In this document: in pieces, positions 12,152 to 25,590 of the stretch
Layout of the letters: each line of letters starts with the position of its first letter
Position numbering within the stretch: the stretch's first letter is position 1
Assembly: GCF_006345805.1 (NCBI RefSeq)
Contig: NW_021829582.1
Location: 1 to 32,246 of the forward strand
From: Octopus sinensis
Taxonomy: Eukaryota
Length of the DNA: 32,246 bases
Reading direction: 5' to 3'
The notes under the pieces: model-generated
What the model was told of the DNA's origin: nothing
What the model saw: the letters and a program-made list of their open reading frames with translations, nothing else
The model's database searches: none
Made by a program: the position numbers and the translations under genes

Positions 12152-12170
12152 GTAGATAGATAGATAGACA
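11870..12170. repeat. (GATA)n array with a periodic aatatagtta interruption
   Basis: Visible; the interruption recurs at ~11870, ~11908, ~11972 and ~12060. Confidence 0.9.
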
Positions 12171-12405
12171 TACCTGCTCATACCTCATACATCTTTATAT
12201 TCTGATATGCAGGTACATTTGAGTGTGTTAATATGTATTTCCATGAGGGTTTAATATATAATATTGTAACGGTGTACAAATTTTGTATTCAAAATTTCTG
12301 AACGTTATTTTAACTAAGACGTCCATAGTAATTTCAGATTGCTTCAGATAACATAATTATGCTGATGCGATGCACAAGGAGACAGGCATGAACGCCACTA
12401 TATAC

Positions 12406-12800
12406 TCACAGACAGCACATCTCTACTGATCGGTTTATCACTTTTTTTATAGAAATGTTCTTTAAAATATCATACATGTATATATTCTTGACTAAAATAG
12501 TATTATATTCGTTTTCTGAATCACTTTCACTCGCTCTAGTCTTGCGCACATCAGCGCTTGTAGAAGCGATCACCGATTCGCAAGTGCTCGTAGACGCACT
12601 CGTAGATTTCTTTTTAAAAAACAAATCTAGAGTTGTTTGTTTAGAAGAAGCATTTTTTTTTTCGTTCTCAGTAAATTTCTCGGTAAGAAGCAGAAGCATT
12701 TGTTATTGTAATAGAAATTTTGGAAGCTTCGTTCAAAATTTGAATCTTGCGCTTAAAAAGCAAAACTCGTAAATCAAGGATCTCGTAAATCGGTTCCTCT
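12406..12800 (-). mobile_element. Possible pogo/Tigger-like DNA transposon remnant
   Basis: The minus-strand ORF contains KKNASSKQTTLDLFFKKK, resembling the QT(S/T)LDxFFK C-terminal motif of Tigger transposases. The sequence ctcgtaaatcaaggatctcgtaaatcgg (~12766-12793) resembles the repeated ctcgta motifs of Tigger termini. No second TIR or TSD was found. Confidence 0.35.
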
Positions 12801-14940
12801 TAAAGTGAGATATTACTGAAATACTATTTCTAGACGTGTGCCACTTTCAGTTTCTAAGTGTTTGAAAGTGCTTCGGACACATCGGTATATCACATTTGTT
12901 CTGATTGTGTGTGTGTTAATGCTTGTATGGCTGTGTATGTGAACAGAGGTGTGGCCACATTCTTAAGTTGAATGTAAAAAGCACTTGAAAAAGAAGGCGC
13001 TGTAACACATACCAATCACAGGAATTACACTGTATAACACGATTTTTCTCTTTGGGTAGCAAGTGTTCTTTCTTATTTGCTAACCTCTAGAAAGTATGGT
13101 AAATGGCGAACATTTCCTTCAAACTTTGCTTTTGTTATGGCATAAACATTATAGGCCTCATACAAATGCTATCAGAGAGTACCTTTTCGCTCCTGTCTTG
13201 TTAAATTCGCCAGTCACAGCAAAATGCGTCAGCCGAACTCAACCTCTTGATGCCATCTGTAATGAATGCAGCTATCAAAGACACCTTGTCTCCATTTGGA
13301 CAGCTGTAAGTAAACTGGAATTTGGAGCTTATGATCCCTTTATTTAAACTGCAATCTATGTCATCAGAACGTTCTAGAAATTCTTGAAACATTTAGAAAC
13401 ATTTCGAAAGTTCTAGAAAATTCTGCTCCAGCAACTCAGCGCTGAATCTCTCGGAAATGTAATGGAAAAAAATTCAGTTTCAAAACATTAACGCTCATGT
13501 CACAATTGTTAATAAGCCAGGAGTATACACATGCGCACACACGCACTCACGCATGCATGCACAAACATGCATTCATATACACAGACACGAATCTATATAT
13601 CTGTGAATATAGGAGTTTGTAGAACTATGTTCATATGGATATACAGAGAGATATATACAATTCCATGCATAAAGACATACGTCCATATCCGTCTGAATGT
13701 GCAATTTTTTGTCCTTGCGTGCGTGCGCGTGTGTGTGCGTTATGGAAGATATGACACTGTTCAAGTTTTATTCTTTATTAACGTTTTTCTCTTCATACTT
13801 CTTTTCAATATTTTTTATTCCATTTAAAACAATAATGTTCCGAAATATTTCTGGAAACGTTTCGGAATATTACCGATTCTCGCACAGTGTAACTGTGTAG
13901 CTTTCCACACAAGAGAGTGTAGACTTCCACTCAATATAGTATTGTTCACAAAAGGTCACGGGGTAAGTTTTGTAAATCTTAAAATCGTTCACTCCATAGT
14001 TATAATTTTTCAACGTTTAAATGGCGGTAGATATAATGATTTATATTTATGAGTGAAATATCAATGTAATTAATTTGGTGTTTGAACTTTTGCCATAAGC
14101 TTCCAAGTAAATTTCTTTATGGAGAACTGTATGAGACTGTAGTGCACTAACATTCTTGTAGCTAACAGTACTTAGTGCATTGTATTATAATGAATTGCAC
14201 TAATACATTGCTGTAAATACATAGCCATCATCTGGAGAAAGTCTACAACTTGCAAGGTTAATTTCAAATTTGCATATAAATGGTTTATTTTAAGTACCTT
14301 ATGTGGTTTGACAATTTGTGGTTTCGACTGGCAAAAATATAGTTGTTAATTCTGGTGTCATTTCTCTTTTTTTGGTAACATCTCTAGCCATGAATTTATC
14401 TCACTTGTGGAATATTGCTTTTCATAATTGTATCTTTAACGATGTCTCTCATCTATTCCGTAGCCGAGATGCACCTTGGTCTCGCTATTTCATATACATA
14501 TATGAACTTGATACTGACTTTGTATCGGTCGAGTTATCTCGCATATTTTCCCTTTCTCGACAAATTCTAATTGCTAATCCTGAACTGTGTTCACCAGAAG
14601 AAAACAGTGAACACTTCTGTTCATCAATGAAAAAATACGTCTGAAACAATTTTAGTGAACCACAATCCGTCTGTTGTTATTATACATCTACATAAATAGA
14701 TAATAGAAATATTATTATTTCTAAATCTCTCAAAAAGAGATGTACAATAACAGCACCCCGTTGGAAAATATAAGGACACAGAAAATTTTGTGTCGTATAG
14801 CCGACTGGAAACGATGTTCTCTGGGGCTGAATAATAGTAACATTCGTTCCATTCTGGGACTTCCAAATTATGTTAGCAAAAAGTCATTACTATATATATA
14901 AACTCGCATATATATACATATACATACACGCACACACACC

Positions 14941-14998
<58 letters not shown>

Positions 14999-14999
<1 letters not shown>

Positions 15000-15263
15000 A
15001 GGCGCAATGGCCCAGTGGTTAGGGCAGCGGACACGCGGTTTCGATTCACAGACCGGACGTTGGAAGTGTTTATTGAGCGAAATCACCTAAAGCTCCACGA
15101 GGCTCCGGCCAGTGGTGGCAATCCCTGCTGTACTCTTTCGACACAACTTTCTCTCACTCTTTCTTCTGTTGGCCTGCTCACTTGGCCAGCGGGGTGACGT
15201 CACTTGAAGGCTAAAACAATGCAAAGCGGATTGTGACCAGCGATGTGACGCAACATCTGATAG
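14999..15263 (+). mobile_element. tRNA-derived SINE, a third family, inserted after a (TA)n array
   Basis: ggaggcgcaatggcccagtggttagggcagcgg (A box TGGCnnAGTGG) and ggtttcgattc (B box), followed by a GC-richer body ending in ttgtgaccagcgatgtg...caacatctgatag. Confidence 0.75.
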
Positions 15264-16914
15264 AATGGGCGAAACTACGTGGATATTCCAAACTCCGACT
15301 GAAAAAGCAATTGGCTGCGATTGATCCGTGTATTTCGTTTTGCCCTGTTTGCCATTTTAGTCCTAGTCCTATCGTCCTTTTACTGCTTGTTATGTTTTGA
15401 CGATTTCCCTTTGTTGGTTTTTACCTTTGATTTATATATATATGTATATATACGCATACACACAAAGCATTTGGGTATAAGTTCAATCTAACTTGGAATC
15501 CTCTTTCGCGAATTTATTAATATATTAAGGTGCACGTTATCAACTAATGTTTATTTTATTTGCGAGATTTCATTATTTAATTCACCGTTAGTAGATACAT
15601 ATTCAAAAACCAATCAAAGAAAACACTTTACATATTTTTCATACGTATAAAGACATAGACTGTCTCCTCATATGTAATGTTATTTGATTGAGTTTTATGT
15701 ATATAGTAAGATTTCACATATATCATTCCCTATATTAGCATTCATTTATATCAAATATATGAAAGTAGCTATAAGATCGGAGCAATGTTATTGTTCGAAT
15801 TAATTATATTTGATTTTATATGCCTAAGTATTTCGAAATCGTCTCCAAGTCTGTTAATGTGTCTGATTATCTCTCACCATAAAATATGTCAGCAGTATAT
15901 GTGGTATATTTAGAGTTTTTAGTAGTTAGGGATAACTTTTTGTTCCATGGGGGGGTCATACAAAAAGCCATGAATATAAGCCGAATGAAGAGCACGTAGA
16001 CACATATATATTTCGCATAACCTACACTGAGAAGAGAAGGGAATGTCAATTTTGCAAACCCGCGGGTAAAAGTTGAGGATAATTTCCTAGAAGACTTGGC
16101 ATAAAATGTCTGTGTTTCTGAGTTTGTTATTTCTGAAATATAATTTCCCACGTGGAATATAAATTCCATGAGAAATATTACATATGTATAGGAATTTCAA
16201 ACAAATATGTATGTGTATGTATGTATGTATGTACATATATATATTTATATTTATATATAAATAGTTGGAATTTGTTGAAAATCAAACAAACGTAAAAGAT
16301 TTGCATATGAAAAATAAGCAAGTGTATTAGATTGAGGGTCAGGAAAAATGAAAAAGGCTTTTATTTTTGGAGCCTACGTTCTTGAACAGAAAGAAATAAG
16401 AGAAAATAAGCAGAGAGAGAATGAAAAAATATTGTAGATTTCAGCTGTTCAGTACGTATGTATGTATATATATATATACATATACACAAATATATACAGA
16501 AACACACACACATTTACATATATATGTATGTATGTATATATGTATATACGCAAAACAAAAAATATGGAACAGAAAAAATATTAACTCGATCACAGATAAT
16601 ACTTATATCAAATATCCTTTTGTTGAAATCTATTTATCACACTTAAGGTTCTTCCCTATTCATATTGAAATTCCTACAGGTAAATACTGTTATATACAAG
16701 TGTGTGTATTATATTAATGCCTATTTTAAGTAAAGATATATCTAAGCAAGTTTTACATTAGGTTCAATGATCACAGAATACTTTTCAGTAGAGTATATTA
16801 AATTCTACCGTGATTACGAAGTTTCTGCTCAACAGCCGTCATCAGTCTCTAGGTCATTAGACTAGCAAGACGAAACTTGAGATCCCTGGTAGCATTTCGT
16901 TGTAATGTTTGTAA

Positions 16915-17381
<467 letters not shown>

Positions 17382-18509
17382 GCGTACACGCATGATTATG
17401 GAACTGTATATATTAACTGATAGATATGAATTCATATTTACGCACACAAATACATACATGCATAGACACACACAGACATATTGAATCATATATTTCATTA
17501 CAAATATACATATATACATAGAAATGCATCTATAAGCATTCACGTGCATGCACACAAAATTACTTACATGCATACACACACACGCACACGCGCACAACTA
17601 TGAACGTATATCAGTTTTAGAGTTACCATCTTATACACGGATGACGTATGTCTTTTCGTATTTAATATTATATTTGCAGGACATTCCACGAACATTTCAT
17701 GCATCTCACCTCATGCAGGGAGGACAGAATTCTTTATTAAATCTATGTTCTAAGATTGAATTCTTCCTCTATATTGACGATATGTACGCGCATGCACATT
17801 TATAGCAATATATATTTTGCATGTAGTAGTGTGTGTACGGGTTTGTATATATACATATGTGTGTGTGTGTTTGCGTATAATTTTCTGAATGTCTGAATAT
17901 AAGAGGATCATTTTAAAGTGTGTTTATAAATGATTTAAATTTCGGTATGTTTTATTTACTGATGAAGATATTCCGTTATATGTTCACAGAAAAATATCAC
18001 ATGCAGTTTGGTGTTGTTTTGTTGTTGCCGTTGTCATTCTCGTTGACTGTAAAACAAGAGTTATTGTCATCGGGTGACAGAGACAGAGAGATACAGAAAA
18101 TGCGGAAGAGAGAGAGAAAGAGAGAGAGTGAGAGATTGTGACACAAATACAAAGAGAGAGTGGAAGAAATAGAGAGAGCGACAAAGAGAGTGAGAGTGTG
18201 TGCATGTGAAAGTGTGTAAGAGATAGAAATATTTTTGTATAGAAAGTGGGAAGAAGATATGAATATGCAAAACAAGAATGTATATTCATCAGGTGATACA
18301 TATGCGGGTATGAGTCTGGGTGTACGTGTATGCGTGTGTGTATACACGAACATACATATATGCGTGTGAGTACACGTGTGCGCGAGTAAAGAGCGATTGA
18401 AAAGTTGTGTGCAAGTAAAGAGCGATTGAAAAGTTGTGCTAGTTAACTACACATAGTCGAATATGTTTGTATACACATATTTGAGTGTGTTTGTGCATGT
18501 ATGAATGAA

Positions 18510-19026
<517 letters not shown>

Positions 19027-20099
19027 GGAAAAGAAGGTGCTAGAGAGATAATAACAAAGCGTTAGACATTGTCATAGAGTTTGATAACGGCGATGAATAT
19101 ATGAGAGGAATAGTGAAAGAGAAAGTTTGATTAAGAGAAGATAGTGTAATATATAAACGCCTAGTATATGTACTAATGAGCTGGACAGAAGGAATAAAAG
19201 AGGGAGGAAAAGAAATGCAGACAGCAGAAGAGAAAGTGCAAGAGACAGTGAGCGAGGGTATGTGAAAGTCACAGAGAGAAGGACAAAGAAATTGAGGGTT
19301 TTAAAAGTAAGGTATACAGAATGACAGAGCGTACGAATTTGAAAGTGAAAGGAAAGAGCATAATATTAATGTATTTGCACGGGTCATTAGGGTGTCAATT
19401 TTGCGAAATAAATCGTCACCACCTCAACCAAATATTGATATCTTTATCAGCACAGTGTTGCCATTTAATAACTGTACAGCCATGCAAACCCATTGGGACA
19501 GGAAACGATAATAACGTCTCTCCAAGCTAAAAGACCTATTACCTCGCGAGCCATGTAGAAATCTATTAATCAGTGAAAATGTCCAATGTTCTTTATTTGA
19601 TGTTCCTATAACTGTTCTTATTGTCTCTACTTTGAACTGCGCCAGGTCAAAGATTATGAAAATGCCATAAGAAATCATCACTTGATGTTTGCAATTCAAG
19701 AATTATTGCTATTTTCCTTCTCATATGAGTTGGGGGTCCTCCTGTTGTTGGTAAATAATATGCAGACGATGATGAGTTCTGAACGTTTATACAAGTTTTA
19801 CATTTAGCATAGATTTCACTCAAATCTATCTTTCTTCGCCCCAGTTTAAATATGGAGAACCAATCGTCGTTATTCATTCCGTTTTAGATTAGATTTTACG
19901 ATTCTACCGTATCTTCTTCGAAATTATAAACATATAAACTATGCTCTATGATGATATAGGTGTATGAAAGAGGTGAGGGCGGCGGTAGCGGTGGCGGTGG
20001 TGGTGGTGGTGGTAGGAGTATCGTATTTCGAATATAAACAGAGAGAAGTTTTAACAGTTCACTGCCTCTGTTACTTTGAAACAAATGGCGGACATATTT

Positions 20100-20179
20100 G
20101 TTTAGCATATATATATATATATGTATATATAATGTTTAGATACGTATGCCAGTATGTACGTATCTATGTGAGTATACAT

Positions 20180-20259
<80 letters not shown>

Positions 20260-20414
20260 GTATATATACCACACGTACATATAGAGATTACATAAATAGA
20301 CGTATATATGTATTTATATTAGTAGGAACAAGCATTCATTTCAGAATGTGTGGTCAGGTACCGATTGTAAGTTACATATTATAACAACTTAAATTAAATT
20401 GTGCTTGTGTTTAC

Positions 20415-20449
<35 letters not shown>

Positions 20450-20825
20450 AGTAAGAAAGAGAAAGTGAAAGAGAGAGCATTTGTGAGTGTGTATGTAAGT
20501 GTATATATATATGTGTGTTTATATATATAAATAAATATATATATGTATGTATATATATACATATATATATATGTACACATACATATATGCATATATATAT
20601 ATATGTTATAAATGTAGATACATATTGCATATACGTAAGCATGTATATCAACATTATTAAATATATATATATATATGTATAAATATACAGAGATGCTTCT
20701 GTATGTATGTATGTATACATGCATACACATACATGTAGCTGTGTGTGAGAGTGTGTGTGTGTGTGGTGTGTGAGTGTGTGAGTGTGGGTGTAGTGTGTGT
20801 GTGTGTATGTGCGTGCGCGCGTGGG
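20100..20825. repeat. (TA)n, (GT)n and (TATG)n microsatellites
   Basis: Visible. Confidence 0.85.
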
Positions 20826-21403
20826 TGTGATTTTCTCAGTTCAGTTATACATCAACTGACCTTCAGAAATCTCTTATACTCCTTAAAGTTCTTCCTATCA
20901 CTGCCCCTTTTCGTCATTTTCTCCGTCTTCTTGCTCTCTTTGCTCTTTTTCCTCTTCTTCCTCTCCTTCATTTCTCTCTTCTTCTTAGTGTCATTCGCAC
21001 CCCCTACTTCCCTCTGTTTCTCTTCCTCTTCAATTAAACATGTAACAGCATATACAATATATTTAACTGCGAACTCTATAAAATATACATTAAATACTTG
21101 GGTATATTTACACGCAGTGTCGTTTAACCCATGGCAGTTCTAACTGAGTGGTCACACGATCAAAACTGCACAAAACTTGACCATTCCACCTTTGTTTTAA
21201 GTATCGCGTATATAGGAACACATTATCCAATATTTCCTACCCTTCCCGAAATAATAGAGTGAAGGCAGAGAATTCATGAAGACATTAATTTATCGGATAG
21301 AATGCCGTTCCTGCGGTCTGAGTTCAAATCCCAAAGACATCAACTTGCATATCAGACTTTCGGAAGCGATTAACAAATCAAGTTACCCCTCTCTCTCTCT
21401 TTT

Positions 21404-21457
<54 letters not shown>

Positions 21458-21596
21458 GTATATATATATATATATATATTTAATGTAGGATAAACATTTT
21501 TCGAAAAAAATTTTATGAATGGCTAGCATATTAAAAAATACCTTTAAAGGTTAAATTTATAAACAACTTATAAATGGGGGCAAACGAAAAAATTTC

Positions 21597-21971
21597 TAAT
21601 GCCAAATATGCCGAAATTGGAACTATTGTCCATAACCATATAATTTGTCACAATACGCACGCTACTCGAAAAAAGGTCGACAGAAATTTCTAAAAAATTC
21701 CATTATTACCATATCAGACCGATTATTACCATATCGGACCGATTTCAGAGCTAGTTCGTAAGAACCCTCCCTTCGTCAGGGATAAATGTGGTAAAGAAAT
21801 AAATTAGATACTTACTCATACCCATGGGTATGAGTAAACCTGAAATCGGTCCGATATGGTAATAATGGAATTTTTTAGAAATTTCTGTCGACCTTTTTTC
21901 GAGTAGCGTGCGTATTGTGAAACATTATATGGTTATGGACAATAGTTCCAATTTCGGCATATTTGGCATTA
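21597..21971. mobile_element. Fold-back/MITE-like element with ~132-bp inverted arms
   Basis: 21597-21748 is the reverse complement of 21840-21971 apart from 2 substitutions and a 20-bp tandem duplication in the left arm. Both ends are bounded by TA. Confidence 0.75.
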
Positions 21972-22119
21972 AGAGAATCATTTTCTTTTTGTGCCTTATA
22001 ATTTAACACACTGACCGGGAAAATTTCTACTTATTGCTTATTTTTATTTTCTCAAAATTTTCGTTGCGTCTTGCAACATTTTCAATCTTCAAGACTTGAA
22101 TCGGTTGCAAGACGCAACT

Positions 22120-22300
22120 AAGGTTGCTTCCCTACCATACGGTTCTGGATACATGACCACAGCGAGGCACGTTGGACAATTGTCTCTTACTATAGTCTCG
22201 GGCCGACCAAAGCCTTGTGAGTGAATTTACTAGACGGAAACTGAAAGAAGCTGGTCGAGTGTGTGTGTGTGTATGTGTTTGTATGTGTGTGTGTGTGTGC

Positions 22301-22338
<38 letters not shown>

Positions 22339-22805
22339 TGTGTGTTTGTGTGATTATGTCAGTGTTTGTATACCTATTTCTTTATTACCCACAAGGGGCT
22401 AAACACGGAGCGGACAAACAAGGACAGACATAGGTATTAAGTCGATTACCTCGACTCCAGTGCGTAACTGGTACTTAATTTATCGACCCCGAAAGGATGA
22501 AAGGCAAAGTCGATCTCGGCGGAATTTGAACTCACAACGTAACGCAGACGAAATACCTCTAAGCATTTCGCCCGGCGTGCTAACGTTTCTGCCAGCTCGC
22601 CGCCTTTTGTATACCATCACCGTTTGACAACTGGTTTTATTGTGTTTAGGCAGTCATAACCTGGCGATTCTGCAAAAGAGACCGACAGAATAAGTTCCAG
22701 TTTTAAGAAAAGCAATTACTGAGATCCATTCATTCGACAAAAAATTTTAGAAAGCGTCGCCCCAGCATGGCCGCATTCTAATGACTGAAACAAGTAAAAG
22801 ACAAG
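22120..22805 (+). mobile_element. Degraded CORE-type SINE (head, (GT)n, tail) hosting a younger SINE insertion
   Basis: actatagtctcgggccgaccaaagccttgtgagtgaatttactagacggaaactgaaagaag matches 8147-8210. The tail tttgacaac...gcaaaagagaccgacagaataag...ccagcatggccgc...gactgaaacaagtaaaag lies at 22616-22805. Confidence 0.75.
22375..22605 (-). mobile_element. Full-length MetaSINE-like SINE with a 10-bp TSD
   Basis: Reverse-complement homolog of 3235-3470, flanked by tttgtatacc at 22365-22374 and 22606-22615. Confidence 0.9.
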
Positions 22806-22974
22806 AGATACACAAATTTCACCACTTGCGAAATAATCACAATTATGTCACTCGGTACACTGCCACATAAAGGACACTGCTAGGTCTCCCTGCGCATGAC
22901 ATGCAGATGTGTGCTGCCACCTGTTGGCATGCTCCAGCACTAGTCCGGGCACGTTTAGATATAACTTCGTAGGT

Positions 22975-23345
<371 letters not shown>

Positions 23346-23734
23346 TATCCGGATCAACTCTTCAGTCTCCACTCTACTCCGTACAATCTCTGTATCACTC
23401 ACTATTCATGAAATGCTTCCTAGATATAGGGAATGTTTAGCCATTATTTACCAGCATTTATTAAATAATTTAAGAAGCAGTATGTTGTTTTGTTAAGTTA
23501 TAGAGAATAAGAGAAGATAGAAGCATCTATGCTAAAGAAAACTGAGATTAGTTGTGGTCTGCCTTGATGTTTGATAATGGATTTGGTGAAAATGTTAACA
23601 ACAATTTGTATCATAAAAGCCACAAAATGTTAATGTGTTACTAGAATACAGAGTATGAAAAAGCAAGTGACAGATTTTTGCCGATGATATAAAGAAGATA
23701 ATAGAACAGAGATTAATGAAGTTTATATAACAGC

Positions 23735-25590
23735 GGAAAAATATTGGTCCACACTTTGGCACAAGGCCAGAAATTTCCAGTGCGGGTAGGACATGGAAAT
23801 CGATTAAGTCCACCCCAATGATCAATTTGTACTTATTTGCATCGACCACAAGAAGATGAAAGGCAAAGTCGACCTCGGCAGAATAGGAACTCAGGACATA
23901 AAGACGATTAAAATCCGATAATCATTTTGCTCAGCGTGCTAAAGTTTCTGCCAGTTCGCCACCTGACAGCAAATAATATTCTTTTCTACTCTAGGCACGA
24001 AGCCCGAAATTCTTTTTTTTTTTTTTTTTGGTGGGGGGTCGATTAGATCGACCCCATTACGCAACTGGTACTTAATTTATTGACCCTGAAAGGATGAAAG
24101 GCAAAGTCGACCTCGGCAGAATTTGAATTCAGAACGTAAAGACACACGAAATACCGCTAAACATTTCACCCGGCGTGCTAACGTTTCGTATTTCCCGATT
24201 GCCCACAAGGGGCTGAATATAGATTGGGTAAACTAGGACAGACATAGGGATTAAGCCGATTACATCGACCCCATTGTGTAACTGGTACTTAATTTATTGA
24301 CCCTGAAAGACTGCAAGGCAAAGTCGACCTCGGCGGAATTTGAACTCAGAATGTAACGGCAGACGAAATAGCGCTTTCGAAATAGCATTTCGCCCGGCAC
24401 GTTAACGTTTCTGCCAGCTTGTCGCCTTCTGACAGCAAATAATATTCAGGAGGAAGTCTTAAAACAATCTTAATCAAGATAATATATCAGAGCGAATTAA
24501 TATTGGTTTCATTTGTGTCACAAGTCAACGTGTTCAGCTGATAATTATTTCATTAGCCTCAAATGGATGGCGGAATTCGAGCCTACAATGTAAAGACGAG
24601 CAAAATGCCGCTAAACATTTTGCCAGGTGTGCTAACGACTCCAAATGGATGAAAAGCAAAGTCAACAATGGTGGAATTGGAACTCAGGACGTAAAGACGG
24701 ACGAAATGCCGCTAAGCGTTTTTGTTGCCCACCGTGCTTACGTCTCTGGCAAGTCACCGCCTTAGAGCAGTTAATATTAGTTTCATAGTAAGGCGGTGAA
24801 CTGGCAGAAACGTTAGCACGCCGGGCGAAATGCTTAGCGGTATTTCGTCTGTCTTTACGTTCTTTGTTCAAATTCCACCGAGGTCGACTTTGCCTTTCAT
24901 TCGTTCGGGGTCGATAAATTAGGTACCAGTTGCGTACTGGGGTCGATCTGATCTACTGGCACTATCTCGCCAAATTTCGGGCCTTGTGCCTAGAGTAGAA
25001 AAGAATATTGCTTTCATATTAAAGAGGCGAGCTGGGACAAACTTTAGGACGCTGGCGAAATGCTTAGCGGTATTTCGTCTGCCGCTACGTTCTGAGTTCA
25101 AATTCCGCCGAGGTCGACTTTGCCTTTCATGATTTCGGGGTCGATTAAATAAGTACCAGTTACGCACTGGGGTCGATACAATCGACTTAATCCGTTTGTC
25201 CTCTCTGTGTTAGCCCCTTGTGGGTAGTAAAGAAATAGGTATTTCGTCTGTCTTTCCATGCTGAGTTGCAATTCCACTGAGGTTGACTTTGCCTTTCATC
25301 CTTTCGGAGTCGATAAATTAAGTACCATTTGGATACTGTGGTCGCTCTAATTGAGTGTCCCCCACTTCCCCCAAAAATGTTCAGGCCTTGTGCCTAGAAT
25401 AGAAAAGAATATTGGTTTCACATTTTTGCACAAGAATACCAACTGATCATTATTTTATCGATACCGATTGGATGAAAGGCAAAGTCAGCATCGGCGGAAC
25501 TGGAACTCATAAAGTAAAAACAGACGAAATGCCGCTAAGTACTTTTGTTGCCTAGCGTGCTAATGACTCTGCCGGCTCGCTGCCTTAAAG
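23735..25590. mobile_element. Nest of about nine MetaSINE-like copies and fragments in both orientations
   Basis: The core gatgaaaggcaaagtcgacctcggc or a degenerate version occurs on the minus strand at ~23855, ~24095, ~24320, ~24570, ~24650 and ~25470. On the plus strand, gaggtcgactttgcctttcat occurs at ~24880, ~25110 and ~25280. Confidence 0.9.

Noticed and set aside
13070-13400. Possible Tc1/mariner transposase C-terminal remnant on the minus strand
   Set aside because: The similarity is too vague, and no catalytic motif or TIR pair could be identified.
14300-14870. ORFs of 108 and 80 aa; possible transposase relic
   Set aside because: No recognisable motif in any frame after manual translation; multiple stops.
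19321-19877. Overlapping 69-91-aa ORFs in unique sequence
   Set aside because: No recognisable domain, no consistent splice-site pair, and lengths compatible with chance.
23735-25590. CRISPR-like array or tRNA gene cluster
   Set aside because: The repeats are 150-250-bp diverged SINE copies in mixed orientation. They have no regular spacers, no cas genes and no complete cloverleaf.
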